In this document: positions 9,789 through 17,986 of the stretch, piece after piece
Position numbering within the stretch: position 1 is the stretch's first letter
Layout: every line of letters begins with the position of its first letter
Source: an uncultured Acutalibacter sp.
GTDB taxonomy: Bacteria; Bacillota; Clostridia; Oscillospirales; Acutalibacteraceae
Reading direction: 5' to 3'
NCBI GenBank assembly: GCA_964648555.1
Contig: CAZYLJ010000001.1
Location: 1-47,940 of the forward strand
Length of the DNA stretch: 47,940 nucleotides
Notes under the pieces: model-generated
Database searches by the model: none
What the model was told of the DNA's origin: nothing
Seen by the model: the letters and a program-made list of their open reading frames with translations, nothing else
Translations under genes and position numbers: made by a program

Positions 9789-10133
9789 TCAGCGGATCTG
9801 CTCCTTGACCTTGGCGGCCTTGCCGACACGGTCGCGCAGGTAGTAAAGCTTTGCCCTGCGGACGCGGCCCATGCGGACCACCTTGATGGCCTTGACATTG
9901 GGAGAATGAAGGGGGAATACCCTCTCCACACCTACGCCATAGGAAACACGGCGGACGGTAAAGGTCTCGCTGACGCCGCTGCCCTTGCGGGCAATGACGG
10001 TGCCCTCAAACTGCTGGATCCTCTCACGGTCGCCTTCGCGGATGTTCACGTCCACACGAACGGTGTCACCCACGGAGAACTGAGGGATCTCCTCTTTCAG
10101 AGAGCTCTGGGAAATTGTTTTGATCGCGTCCAT
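9789..10133 (-). CDS. rplS: 50S ribosomal protein L19
   Basis: [44 protein letters not shown]; GGAGG RBS before ATG 10133. Confidence 0.98.
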   Translation of the reverse strand: MDAIKTISQSSLKEEIPQFSVGDTVRVDVNIREGDRERIQQFEGTVIARKGSGVSETFTVRRVSYGVGVERVFPLHSPNVKAIKVVRMGRVRRAKLYYLRDRVGKAAKVKEQIR

Positions 10134-10164
10134 TTGATATTCCTCCATCTGGTAAAATGATTTC

Positions 10165-10206
10165 AGACATTCATGACGGCAAAGCGCGCCGTACAGCGGA
10201 CTGTCC
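10165..10206 (-). ncRNA. L19 ribosomal protein leader (cis-regulatory RNA)
   Basis: Minus strand GGACAGUCCGCUGUACGGC-GCGCUUU-GCCGUCAUGAAUGUCU contains the UCCGCUG..AUGA internal-loop core and closing helix of the L19 leader, directly upstream of the rplS RBS. Confidence 0.75.
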
Positions 10207-10285
10207 GCTTCAACGCACGGTCTCCCGTGCCATGACCCCTACGAGCAAGCCTTAGAGGAAGCCCGCAGACCTCAAATGCTCGTCT

Positions 10286-10314
10286 ATTCTAACACAATGG
10301 CGGCAAAAATGCAA
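10286..10314 (-). promoter_or_regulatory. sigma-A promoter for rplS
   Basis: TTGCAT-17 nt-TAGAAT with extended -10 TG. Confidence 0.7.
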
Positions 10315-10321
10315 GAAGTTT

Positions 10322-10969
10322 TTACTTGATTTCGGAAAAATCTTTGTCCAACAGCCGTTTCCGAGTGATTTTGGCGTAAGGCTCCACAGCTTCGTAGGTC
10401 TTCAGAGCCTCTAACAGCAGCTGGGGGTTCACCGCGCCGGAAACACTGCATGGCAGCCGCATGAAAAGGCGCAGCTCGCCCTCTTGCCTATCCTGCTCCA
10501 CCGCCGAAAAATAAGGCTTGACGTCTACCTGCCTGTCGCCTTTTTTGCTGTGCTTTGTCACCAGGATGTCCTCCCGCGCCAGCAGGCGGGAAAGAGCGTC
10601 GACCACAGCGCCGTTCCTGTCCTCTAAGGTGACCTCATACTCCGCAAAGGCGATTTCCTCCAGCTTCCGCACGGGCTCCCCCGCTCCGATGATCCTGATA
10701 TCCTTAGGCAGGCGCTCGTTAAGGAGGCTTGTTATCTCGTCAAATGGCACATCCTCCAACAGACGGATGTCCATACATTCCCTCTCGCCGCAGGCCCCCA
10801 GGGAAAGCGGCATGGCATAGGTCATGTAAATGCGGGGATTGAAGCCTTCGGTATACCACACCGGCAGCCCGGAAAGCTTTAAAGCCCTGGACATACACCG
10901 GACCAGGTCAAGATGGGAGATGTACCTGGCGGAGCCCTTCTTTTCAAACCACACTCTCACGTTTTTCAA
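10322..10969 (-). CDS. Radical SAM-linked protein (TIGR03936/DUF2344 type)
   Basis: KNVRVWFEKKGSARYISHLD..YTEGFNPR..PLSLG; TTG start 10969 after GGAGG; overlaps the upstream radical SAM gene. Confidence 0.9.
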   Translation of the reverse strand: MKNVRVWFEKKGSARYISHLDLVRCMSRALKLSGLPVWYTEGFNPRIYMTYAMPLSLGACGERECMDIRLLEDVPFDEITSLLNERLPKDIRIIGAGEPVRKLEEIAFAEYEVTLEDRNGAVVDALSRLLAREDILVTKHSKKGDRQVDVKPYFSAVEQDRQEGELRLFMRLPCSVSGAVNPQLLLEALKTYEAVEPYAKITRKRLLDKDFSEIK

Positions 10970-12800
10970 CGCAGATACCTCCCTTAAAGCAGGCCGCCCC
11001 GCAGTTGGAGCACTTTTCCCGGCAGTTTGGCGTCGTCTCCGCCCGATAGGCCTTCTCACATTCTTCCCGCAAAAACTCTTTCCTGATCCCGTAATCCAAA
11101 TGGTCCCAGGGGAACACCTCGTCAAAATTGCGGTGGCGGTTGGCGTAAAATGCCGGGTCAATGCCGCACTCTGAAAAGACTTCCATCCACTTGTCAAAGT
11201 CGAAACAGTCATCCCAGCCATCAAAATGGAAGCCCCGCTCGATGCCCTTTTCCAGCACGGCGGCAAGCCTTCTGTCCCCCCGGGCAAACACAGCCTCCAA
11301 AAAGCTGGTCTGCGCCCCGTGGTAGCTGACGCTCAGCCGCTTGGAGGTCACGCTGCTTTTCAGCTTGACCTGCTTCCGGTGAAGGGTCTCCATAGTGTCC
11401 TGGCCGAACCACTGGAAAGGCGTAAAAGGCTTGGGTACAAAGGCCGCAGCGGAAAGAGAGACCTCCACTGCCTTACCCCTGGGCTTGTCCTCATTCTGGT
11501 AAAAGGCGTCCACCACCTTTTTCCCCAGCTGTACGATGGCCGCCACATCCTCCATGGTCTCGGTGGGCAGGCCGATCATAAAATAGAGCTTGATGCGGTT
11601 CCAGCCCTCTGTAAATGCCACGTTCACCGTGTGGAGCAGCTCCTCCTCGGTGACGTTCTTGTTGATGACGTCCCGCATCCGCTGGGAGCCGGCCTCCGGG
11701 GCAAAGGTCAGGCCGCTCTTCCGTACGGAGTTGATGCGCTTCATCAGCTCCGGCGAGAAGTTGTCCACCCGCAGGGAAGGCAGGGAAATGCTGATTTTAT
11801 CCTTTTCCGTCCACTGATGCAGCCGGTCGATCAGCTCAAAGAGCCTGCTGTAGTCGCTGGTGCTCAGAGAGGAAAGAGAGATCTCGTCGTAGCCGGTGGA
11901 GGCGCAGAGGGCCTTGCACTGGGCGTCGATGGTGTCGATGGATTTCTCCCGAAAGGGGCGGTAGAGGAACCCGGCCTGACAAAACCGGCAGCCCCGGATG
12001 CACCCCCGCAGGACTTCCTCGGAAATGCGGTCAAAGACCACCTCGATCATGGGCACGGGGAAAGAATCCGGATAGTAGGCGCTGTCCATGTCGTTGATAT
12101 TGCACTTGCGTACGGTTGCAGGCGCGCCGCGCTTTGGCGTGTAGCTCTTTACCGTGCCGTCCTCGTTGTACTCCACATCGTATAGGGACGGCACGTACAC
12201 GCCCTGTATCTGCGCGGCAAGCTCCAGAAATTCCTGTTTATTTTTGCCTTCCCTTTTGCACCTGCGGTAAAGCTCCATGACCTCCATGTCCACTTCTTCT
12301 CCATCTCCCAAAAAGAACAGGTCGAAAAAGTCGGCCAGGGGTTCCGGGTTACAGGCGCAAGGGCCGCCTCCCACCACCAGATTGAAAAGCTCCGGCCGAT
12401 CCTTGCTCCTTAAGGGAATGCCCGCCAGCTGAAGCATGTTGAGGACATTCGTGTAGCTCAGCTCATATTGCAGAGTAAAGCCGATAAAGTCGAAGTCACC
12501 CACCGGGTCGCCGCTTTCCAGGGCGTAGAGAGGTATGTGCTCCTGACGCATCTTTTCCTCCATATCCACCCAGGGGGCATAGACGCGCTCACACCAGAAA
12601 TACGGTACCTGGTTCATGGCGCCATATAAGATCTTGATGCCAAGATGGGACATGCCGATCTCATAGGTATCGGGAAAGCAAAAGGCAAACCGCACCTCAA
12701 CGTCTTTTTTATCCTTAATTGTAGAGTTCAATTCCCCGCCGACATATCGGCCGGGCTTTTGCACCTGCAATAAAAGCTTTTCCACTTCCTTGGGATACAC
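10944..12800 (-). CDS. B12-binding radical SAM protein (TIGR03960 type)
   Basis: KPGRYVGGE, FPDTYEIGMSHLG, CxxxCxxC (GCIRGCRFC), TFAPEAGS, YFMIGLP, FVPKPFTPFQW. Confidence 0.93.
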   Translation of the reverse strand: MYPKEVEKLLLQVQKPGRYVGGELNSTIKDKKDVEVRFAFCFPDTYEIGMSHLGIKILYGAMNQVPYFWCERVYAPWVDMEEKMRQEHIPLYALESGDPVGDFDFIGFTLQYELSYTNVLNMLQLAGIPLRSKDRPELFNLVVGGGPCACNPEPLADFFDLFFLGDGEEVDMEVMELYRRCKREGKNKQEFLELAAQIQGVYVPSLYDVEYNEDGTVKSYTPKRGAPATVRKCNINDMDSAYYPDSFPVPMIEVVFDRISEEVLRGCIRGCRFCQAGFLYRPFREKSIDTIDAQCKALCASTGYDEISLSSLSTSDYSRLFELIDRLHQWTEKDKISISLPSLRVDNFSPELMKRINSVRKSGLTFAPEAGSQRMRDVINKNVTEEELLHTVNVAFTEGWNRIKLYFMIGLPTETMEDVAAIVQLGKKVVDAFYQNEDKPRGKAVEVSLSAAAFVPKPFTPFQWFGQDTMETLHRKQVKLKSSVTSKRLSVSYHGAQTSFLEAVFARGDRRLAAVLEKGIERGFHFDGWDDCFDFDKWMEVFSECGIDPAFYANRHRNFDEVFPWDHLDYGIRKEFLREECEKAYRAETTPNCREKCSNCGAACFKGGICVEKRESVV

Positions 12801-12844
12801 AGCGATATTCTCCTTCCTGTCCTTTCAAATGCCGCGCTGCCGCT

Positions 12845-12873
12845 ATTATACCTCTTTTCGGCCCAGTTTGCAA
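12845..12873 (-). promoter_or_regulatory. sigma-A promoter for the radical SAM pair
   Basis: TTGCAA-17 nt-TATAAT. Confidence 0.75.
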
Positions 12874-12911
12874 CCAGCGCATTCTTTCGGAATATCGCTC
12901 CGGGGAGAGAA

Positions 12912-13514
12912 TCAGGAGGAGAAAAAATCGCGCTTTAAGACAAGGTACAGCATCAAATACACGCTGAGGGCCAGCAGAGTAAAATTGTAACGGGTGCGCA
13001 GCAGAATGAGGAATCCCATGACCGCGATAGGCAGCAGGAACAAAATGGAAAGGCAGAAGGAAAGACTTTCCGCGCGGCCCTCGCCCAGAGGACGGCTGAG
13101 AAGAGAACGCAGCGCCAGGCCGCCGTCCAAGGGCTCGATGGGCAGGGAGTGAAACAGACCGAGGGTAAGGCTGATAATGACAAAGGTATTTTCCCCGCCA
13201 AGCAGCAGGCGGGCCGCTCCCCCGGAAAGCAGGCTGCACATCGGCCCAGCCAGAGACACCGCGGCGCTTTGCAAGTAGGAAAGGGGCTTAGCCTCGTCCA
13301 GCACCAGACGGCAGCCCAAAGCAGAAAAACAGGCCCGCCGCGGCGGGGCGTGAAGCAGAAACAGGGCGGCAATGTGGGCTGCCTCGTGAAAAAGAACGGC
13401 GAAAAGCAGGGGCGCGCCGCCCGCGTCCCCCAGAAAAAGGCAGCAGAACGCAAGCAGCGCGAAGAAGCTGAACCGAAGCTCGACACGGCAGCCGCCGAGA
13501 GTGACCGCCAGCAT
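12912..13514 (-). CDS. M50 site-2 metalloprotease, SpoIVFB-like (short form)
   Basis: Hydrophobic; HEAAH (HExxH), SLAGP, LPIEPLDGG; sits upstream of the TIGR03960 radical SAM gene, as clostridial spoIVFB homologs often do. Confidence 0.8.
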   Translation of the reverse strand: MLAVTLGGCRVELRFSFFALLAFCCLFLGDAGGAPLLFAVLFHEAAHIAALFLLHAPPRRACFSALGCRLVLDEAKPLSYLQSAAVSLAGPMCSLLSGGAARLLLGGENTFVIISLTLGLFHSLPIEPLDGGLALRSLLSRPLGEGRAESLSFCLSILFLLPIAVMGFLILLRTRYNFTLLALSVYLMLYLVLKRDFFSS

Positions 13515-13515
13515 A

Positions 13516-13812
13516 TTACACCCTTTGCAGAACGCCCACGTCCGTCTCCGCAGCAGGTGCATCGGAAGCAAGACCGGGCAGTTCTATGACGTTTGACGCC
13601 TCATCCCGGTACCAATCCGTCACCCTGTTATAGGTCTCTTTGTCTGTCAGCTTTAAAAACACCAGGGCCAGAAGGGCCAGCACGCACAGGAACAGCTGGA
13701 GATATGGCAGGATGCTGCCACCTCTTTCTTTTGCGGGCGGCGCTTCCTGAGATTCCGGCTCCTCCTCTATGCCCAGATTTTCGATTTCCTGAAATTCAGC
13801 CTGGCCCTGCAT
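13516..13812 (-). CDS. Small single-pass membrane protein, unknown function
   Basis: ATG overlaps the spoIVA stop (TAATG); acidic N-terminus, TM segment ILPYLQLFLCVLALLALVFL; stop 1 nt before the M50 protease ATG. Confidence 0.7.
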   Translation of the reverse strand: MQGQAEFQEIENLGIEEEPESQEAPPAKERGGSILPYLQLFLCVLALLALVFLKLTDKETYNRVTDWYRDEASNVIELPGLASDAPAAETDVGVLQRV

Positions 13813-15287
13813 TACAGGATAATACACAGCAGGCCGCTGCAGCCGTCGTTGATGATGCGCTCGATGGTCTCCCGCACCTTTTCCCGGGCGTCGGCGGGCA
13901 TACGGTACAGCTTGTTGTGCATCCCCTCATTGACAAGGGAGTGGAGGGACTTTCCGAAGATGTTGGACTCCCATATCTTAACCGGATTCTCCTCGAACTC
14001 CTTCAAAAGATACATCACCAGCTCCTCCGAGTGCTGCTCGGAACCGACGATAGGCGTGATCTCCGTGTTGATCTGGGTGCGCATCATGTGGATGGAGGGA
14101 GCGGTGGCCTTCAGTCGGATGCCGTACTTACCGTTCTGCTTCAATATCTGAGGCTCCTCCAGAGTCAGCTCTTCCACGTCCGGCATGACGATACCATAGC
14201 CGGTCTCCAAAACGTCGTCGTAAGCCTGGCGCAGCTTTTGGAATTTCTTTTTGATGGAAGTCATCTCGATGAGCTGGCCCATCAGCTCTGACTCGTCCTT
14301 GATGTCCAGCTCTGTCTTTTCGCTCAAGATGCGGTAGAACAGCGATTGGTCCATGGATATTTCCGCACGGCTCCTGCCGCTGCCAAGGTCAATGGAGCTG
14401 GGGATGACATCTCTGACAAACTCGCAGCCCTCCACGCCCTTTAGCATGGATTTGACGTCCCGCATCCTGCTGATCTGGCAGGAGGACTTGACGGAATCCA
14501 TCAGGCTGGAAAGCAGCCAGTGAGAGGGCTCCAGCGCCGCCACCCAGCCGGGGATATCCAGTTCCACCTCCCGGACGGGAAACTGATACAGCAGGTTGGC
14601 GATCACGTCTTTGATGTCCTGCTCGGTGACATCTACACAGTTTAAAGGCAGCACCGGAACGCTGTATTTTTCACAGAGCCTGTCGGCCAGGTCTTTGACA
14701 GAAGGAAGTGTCGGATCCACGCAGTTCAGCAGTACCACATAGGGTCTGCCGCACTGCTCCAGCTCCTCAATAACGCGCTCCTCCGCCTCCTCGTACTCCT
14801 CCCGGGGGATGTCGCTGATGCTGCCATCCGTAGTGACCACCAGACCGATGGTGGAATGTTCTGTGATGACCTTCTTGGTGCCAAGCTCCGCCGCCATATT
14901 GAAGGGGATGGGCTCCTCAAACCAGGGCGTCCGCACCATGCGGGGCTGATCCTCCTCTATGTAGCCGATGGCGCTGGGCACGATGTATCCAACACAGTCG
15001 ATCATCCGCACACTGCAGGAGGCGTCGCTGTCAAGATCGACCGTCACGGCCTGTTCCGGAATGAATTTTGGCTCTGTGGTCATGATGGTGCGGCCCGCTG
15101 CGGACTGTGGAAGCTCGTCAATAGCCCGCTCCCGCTGCATACCGTCTGGAATATTTGGGATGACCACCGTGTCCATGAACTTCTTGATGAAGGTGGATTT
15201 TCCCGTGCGTACCGGTCCGACCACCCCCACATAGATCTCGCCGCCGGTGCGATCCTGGATGTCTTTATATACGTTGAAGCTTTCCAT
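13812..15287 (-). CDS. spoIVA: Stage IV sporulation protein A (coat ATPase)
   Basis: YKDIQDRTGGEIYVGVVGPVRTGKSTFIKKF, DELPQSAAGRTIMTTEPKF, C-terminal INDGCSGLLCIIL; 491 aa. Confidence 0.98.
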   Translation of the reverse strand: MESFNVYKDIQDRTGGEIYVGVVGPVRTGKSTFIKKFMDTVVIPNIPDGMQRERAIDELPQSAAGRTIMTTEPKFIPEQAVTVDLDSDASCSVRMIDCVGYIVPSAIGYIEEDQPRMVRTPWFEEPIPFNMAAELGTKKVITEHSTIGLVVTTDGSISDIPREEYEEAEERVIEELEQCGRPYVVLLNCVDPTLPSVKDLADRLCEKYSVPVLPLNCVDVTEQDIKDVIANLLYQFPVREVELDIPGWVAALEPSHWLLSSLMDSVKSSCQISRMRDVKSMLKGVEGCEFVRDVIPSSIDLGSGRSRAEISMDQSLFYRILSEKTELDIKDESELMGQLIEMTSIKKKFQKLRQAYDDVLETGYGIVMPDVEELTLEEPQILKQNGKYGIRLKATAPSIHMMRTQINTEITPIVGSEQHSEELVMYLLKEFEENPVKIWESNIFGKSLHSLVNEGMHNKLYRMPADAREKVRETIERIINDGCSGLLCIIL

Positions 15288-15323
15288 ACTTTACCTCCCA
15301 AGCTGTTCGCGTTATTTTTACTG

Positions 15324-16862
15324 TCATGCGCGGTTGCGGATGATGATGGGCCGGCTTTCCGGCACCGTCTCATCGTACAGGTCATTTTGGGCCCGAAGAT
15401 CGGAAAGCAGGGCCCGATGGCTCTTGGCGATATCCCAAAGCCGCTCTCCGGCGGAAGCGTAATAGACCAGCAGCCGGGGCGTTGGAGCGGGCACCGGCGT
15501 GTCGTCGTCAGAGCCGGCAGAGAGCAGGTACTTGATCGGGGCCTTGCTGTATAAGAACACACTGACCGAAGTCTCCACCGATACCTCTACCGTGTTCTGG
15601 TTGGTGATGCGGTATTCCCAGAGATTCGTATGGGACGAGGTCTCCGTTTTCCGGGCTGTGTTTCCCTCGATCTCGGAAGTACAGTTGTAGTCGAAGCTCT
15701 TCTCGGCGTACAGCGTTCTGCCCTGGCAGCCCAGGTAGAGCATGCACACGGTGCAGCGCACCCGGTAGGTGAGCTTTCCCTTTTCGCAGGTGGTCTGCAC
15801 GCTTTCCTGCTCACACCAGAGGTCCAGTATCTTTTCGATCTCATCCTCCTGGGTGGTAAGGACGCATTTCTTTTTCAGCACCTCACTGTGGACGCCCTCC
15901 GCCTGCATAAAGGAGCTTTGGGCATAGCGCAAGGTCAAGGGGGCACGGACGGAGTAGGCGTCGTCGATGATCTCCACCTCGCAGGGCCTGTAGAGAAACG
16001 CCGCCAGGAAAATTTTCGCCACTACGCCGACGCCGGTGTTCTCACCCATGTCGTCCTCCCTGGGCTGGATGCTACACTCCCCTACTGTGGCCTTCAAATT
16101 GCAGAGGCAGTCCTCACTGGCTCCATTGCAGTCAATGGCCTGGCTGAAATCGATGGAGGCGCTCATTTTTTCCACAGTGGTTCCATCCACGGCGGAAAGA
16201 TAGAGAAAGGAAACATCCACCGTGCCATTGACCGTCAGGACACCGTCGGACAGGCGGCAGTCGCCGACACGGCAGGAAACGCCCCTGCGCAGAATGGTCT
16301 CAATGGGCGGCTTGCCGTTTTTCAGGGCCAGGTCGTCCTCCACGGTGAACTGGTGGCACAAGGCGTTGACCGCCTGGGAGGCTGAATAAGAGCTGGTGAG
16401 CTTCTCCACCGTTTCGTCCTCGATGCCGCAGGTGACCTGCTCCTGCTTCTGTGCCACCGCCAACGCCTTGATGGCTACAGCGGCATGCAGATCGATACGC
16501 CGGGCGCTGACCGCCCGGCAGGTCATATGATCCACGGCAGCCTGCACCCAGGCCACCGCCTTTTCCTCCCCGGCCCTGATCTTCACGGAGGCGGAAAAGT
16601 CCTTGGTGAAGTCGCAGCACCGAACGCAGTCGCCTTTCGCGTCCAGGTACAGTACCCGGATGTCGCAGACGCCGTCGCAGGTCAGGGCGTCCTCCGTAAT
16701 AAGGTAAGAGGATATCTCCGGCGACACCTGGCATTTTAATAGCTTCTGGATGTCCGGGCAGTAGTCCGGCAGATTGTATTCGGTGTCAATCGGCGCTTCG
16801 AACGCACCGTCAAATACCGGGTCAAAATAGTCGAAGGGCTGAGTCTTTATTTTTGCCTGCAT
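15324..16862 (-). CDS. SPOCS (DUF3794) repeat and C-terminal LysM coat protein, SipL-like
   Basis: LPDYCPDIQKLLK-type SPOCS repeats, C-terminal LysM (YYASAGERLWDIAKSH); AGGAG RBS; directly upstream of spoIVA. Confidence 0.85.
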   Translation of the reverse strand: MQAKIKTQPFDYFDPVFDGAFEAPIDTEYNLPDYCPDIQKLLKCQVSPEISSYLITEDALTCDGVCDIRVLYLDAKGDCVRCCDFTKDFSASVKIRAGEEKAVAWVQAAVDHMTCRAVSARRIDLHAAVAIKALAVAQKQEQVTCGIEDETVEKLTSSYSASQAVNALCHQFTVEDDLALKNGKPPIETILRRGVSCRVGDCRLSDGVLTVNGTVDVSFLYLSAVDGTTVEKMSASIDFSQAIDCNGASEDCLCNLKATVGECSIQPREDDMGENTGVGVVAKIFLAAFLYRPCEVEIIDDAYSVRAPLTLRYAQSSFMQAEGVHSEVLKKKCVLTTQEDEIEKILDLWCEQESVQTTCEKGKLTYRVRCTVCMLYLGCQGRTLYAEKSFDYNCTSEIEGNTARKTETSSHTNLWEYRITNQNTVEVSVETSVSVFLYSKAPIKYLLSAGSDDDTPVPAPTPRLLVYYASAGERLWDIAKSHRALLSDLRAQNDLYDETVPESRPIIIRNRA

Positions 16863-16893
16863 GCGGTACCTCTCCTTTGCTTTTTCTACCCAA

Positions 16894-16921
16894 TATCTAT
16901 GCGCGGACATGGATTTTATGC
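16894..16921 (-). promoter_or_regulatory. sigma-E-type promoter for the sipL-like/spoIVA unit
   Basis: Minus strand gCATAAAatccatgtccgcgCATAGATAt matches the sigma-E consensus (cATA..cATAcanT) with a TGTC spacer element. Confidence 0.65.
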
Positions 16922-16963
16922 AAAACAGGCGCCCCCGCGGAAAAATCCGGCGAGGACGCCTGT
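16922..16963 (-). terminator. Intrinsic terminator after the SpoVM-like ORF
   Basis: ACAGGCGTCCTCGC..GCGGGGGCGCCTGT hairpin followed by TTTT on the minus strand. Confidence 0.7.
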
Positions 16964-16984
16964 ATAAGAGCTATGTTTTTTTGG

Positions 16985-17071
16985 TCACTCCGTCACTTTT
17001 TTGACCCCGTAAAGCCTTCTCAGGAAAAAAGCCCAGAAGCCCTTGCGTTTCTCCACCACGATCACTTTCAT
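16985..17071 (-). CDS. spoVM: SpoVM-like 28-aa amphipathic peptide
   Basis: MKVIVVEKRKGFWAFFLRRLYGVKKVTE with GGAGG RBS. Size and pattern resemble SpoVM, and it lies downstream of rsgA-thiN as B. subtilis spoVM does. Confidence 0.7.
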   Translation of the reverse strand: MKVIVVEKRKGFWAFFLRRLYGVKKVTE

Positions 17072-17085
17072 CCAGATTACCTCCG

Positions 17086-17271
17086 TTAGTGGCGCAGCAG
17101 CGAGATGCCCAGCGCGACCATGATCACCGCAGACAGGAACAGTGTCAGACCCACAGGGCAGAAGCAGGAAAGCGACATACCAAGGCCAAAGCAGATGGCG
17201 CACATGCACCGGCTTTGATGATCCTTAAAGCAGGTGCTGTTGAAATTCGGTTTGCAGTTGAGCTTCGGCAC
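17086..17271 (-). CDS. Small Cys-rich membrane protein (61 aa), unknown function
   Basis: GTG 17271 after GCGGAG; MPKLNCKPNFNSTCFKDHQSRCMCAICFGLGMSLSCFCPVGLTLFLSAVIMVALGISLLRH has 7 Cys and a hydrophobic C-terminal half. Confidence 0.65.
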   Translation of the reverse strand: MPKLNCKPNFNSTCFKDHQSRCMCAICFGLGMSLSCFCPVGLTLFLSAVIMVALGISLLRH

Positions 17272-17315
17272 AGATATCATCTCCGCTGGCTGTACGCCGG
17301 TTTTGCCGTTCAATA

Positions 17316-17344
17316 CAGTATATACGCAGCGGGAAAAAGTGTTA
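17316..17344 (-). promoter_or_regulatory. Possible mother-cell (sigma-K/sigma-E) promoter
   Basis: Minus strand taACACtttttcccgctgcgTATATACT resembles AC(A/C)-N16-cATAnnnT. Confidence 0.4.
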
Positions 17345-17986
17345 CGGCTGATAGATGACCACGAGAGCGGTACCGCTGTGGACCCTGATCTCCGCGACGT
17401 CCTTTACCACCCGGTTGCTGACGCCCATGACAAAGCCCCCGCAGGTGAGGGTTGCCCGCGTTAGGGGGTATTCCAGACCGGAATAGCTTACGCAGCAGGA
17501 GGCGCCGTTATAGGGGAACACGGAGACCGTGGCCCCGGCCACCTCAGTCATGCGCAGACGGCCATCCCGCAGGAGGAACACCTTGGTGTGCTCATCTGCC
17601 AAGACGCCCCTGGCTCCGTGAGAGGAAAGGTATTGCAGCACGTCGAAATTGGCCAGAGAGTGGTCGAACCGTGCGCCGCCAAGACACCCCACCAGGACGA
17701 ACTGCCGGAAGCCCTTTGACAAGCCCCGGATTGCCGCGTACATGGTGTCGGTCACGTCCTTTTTCACCGGCAGGGAGACGGCTTTTACCCCGGCGGGCAG
17801 CTGCTGCCTGGCAGAGTCGAAATCGCCCACGATCAGGTCGGGCCGGATCTTATACTTTTGGGCGGTCTCAAACCCGGCGTCCGCGCAGATGACATAGTGC
17901 TCCCGGGGGTCATACTCTCGAAAGATACGGCCGCTCTCTATTGGCGAGGCGCCCAGGATCATACATTTTTGTCTTTCAGCTGCCAC
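17342..17986 (-). CDS. thiN: Thiamine diphosphokinase
   Basis: ICADAG, PDLIVGDFDS, KDVTDT, GARFDH, GLEYPL, GVSN. Confidence 0.95.
   Translation of the reverse strand: MAAERQKCMILGASPIESGRIFREYDPREHYVICADAGFETAQKYKIRPDLIVGDFDSARQQLPAGVKAVSLPVKKDVTDTMYAAIRGLSKGFRQFVLVGCLGGARFDHSLANFDVLQYLSSHGARGVLADEHTKVFLLRDGRLRMTEVAGATVSVFPYNGASCCVSYSGLEYPLTRATLTCGGFVMGVSNRVVKDVAEIRVHSGTALVVIYQP

Noticed and set aside
10970-11287. N-terminal extension of the DUF2344 ORF in the track
   Set aside because: It overlaps the radical SAM gene off-frame; the RBS-supported start is TTG 10969. Similar over-extended starts were trimmed for gmk, priA, ispA, xseB, rpmB and the spoIIIA genes.
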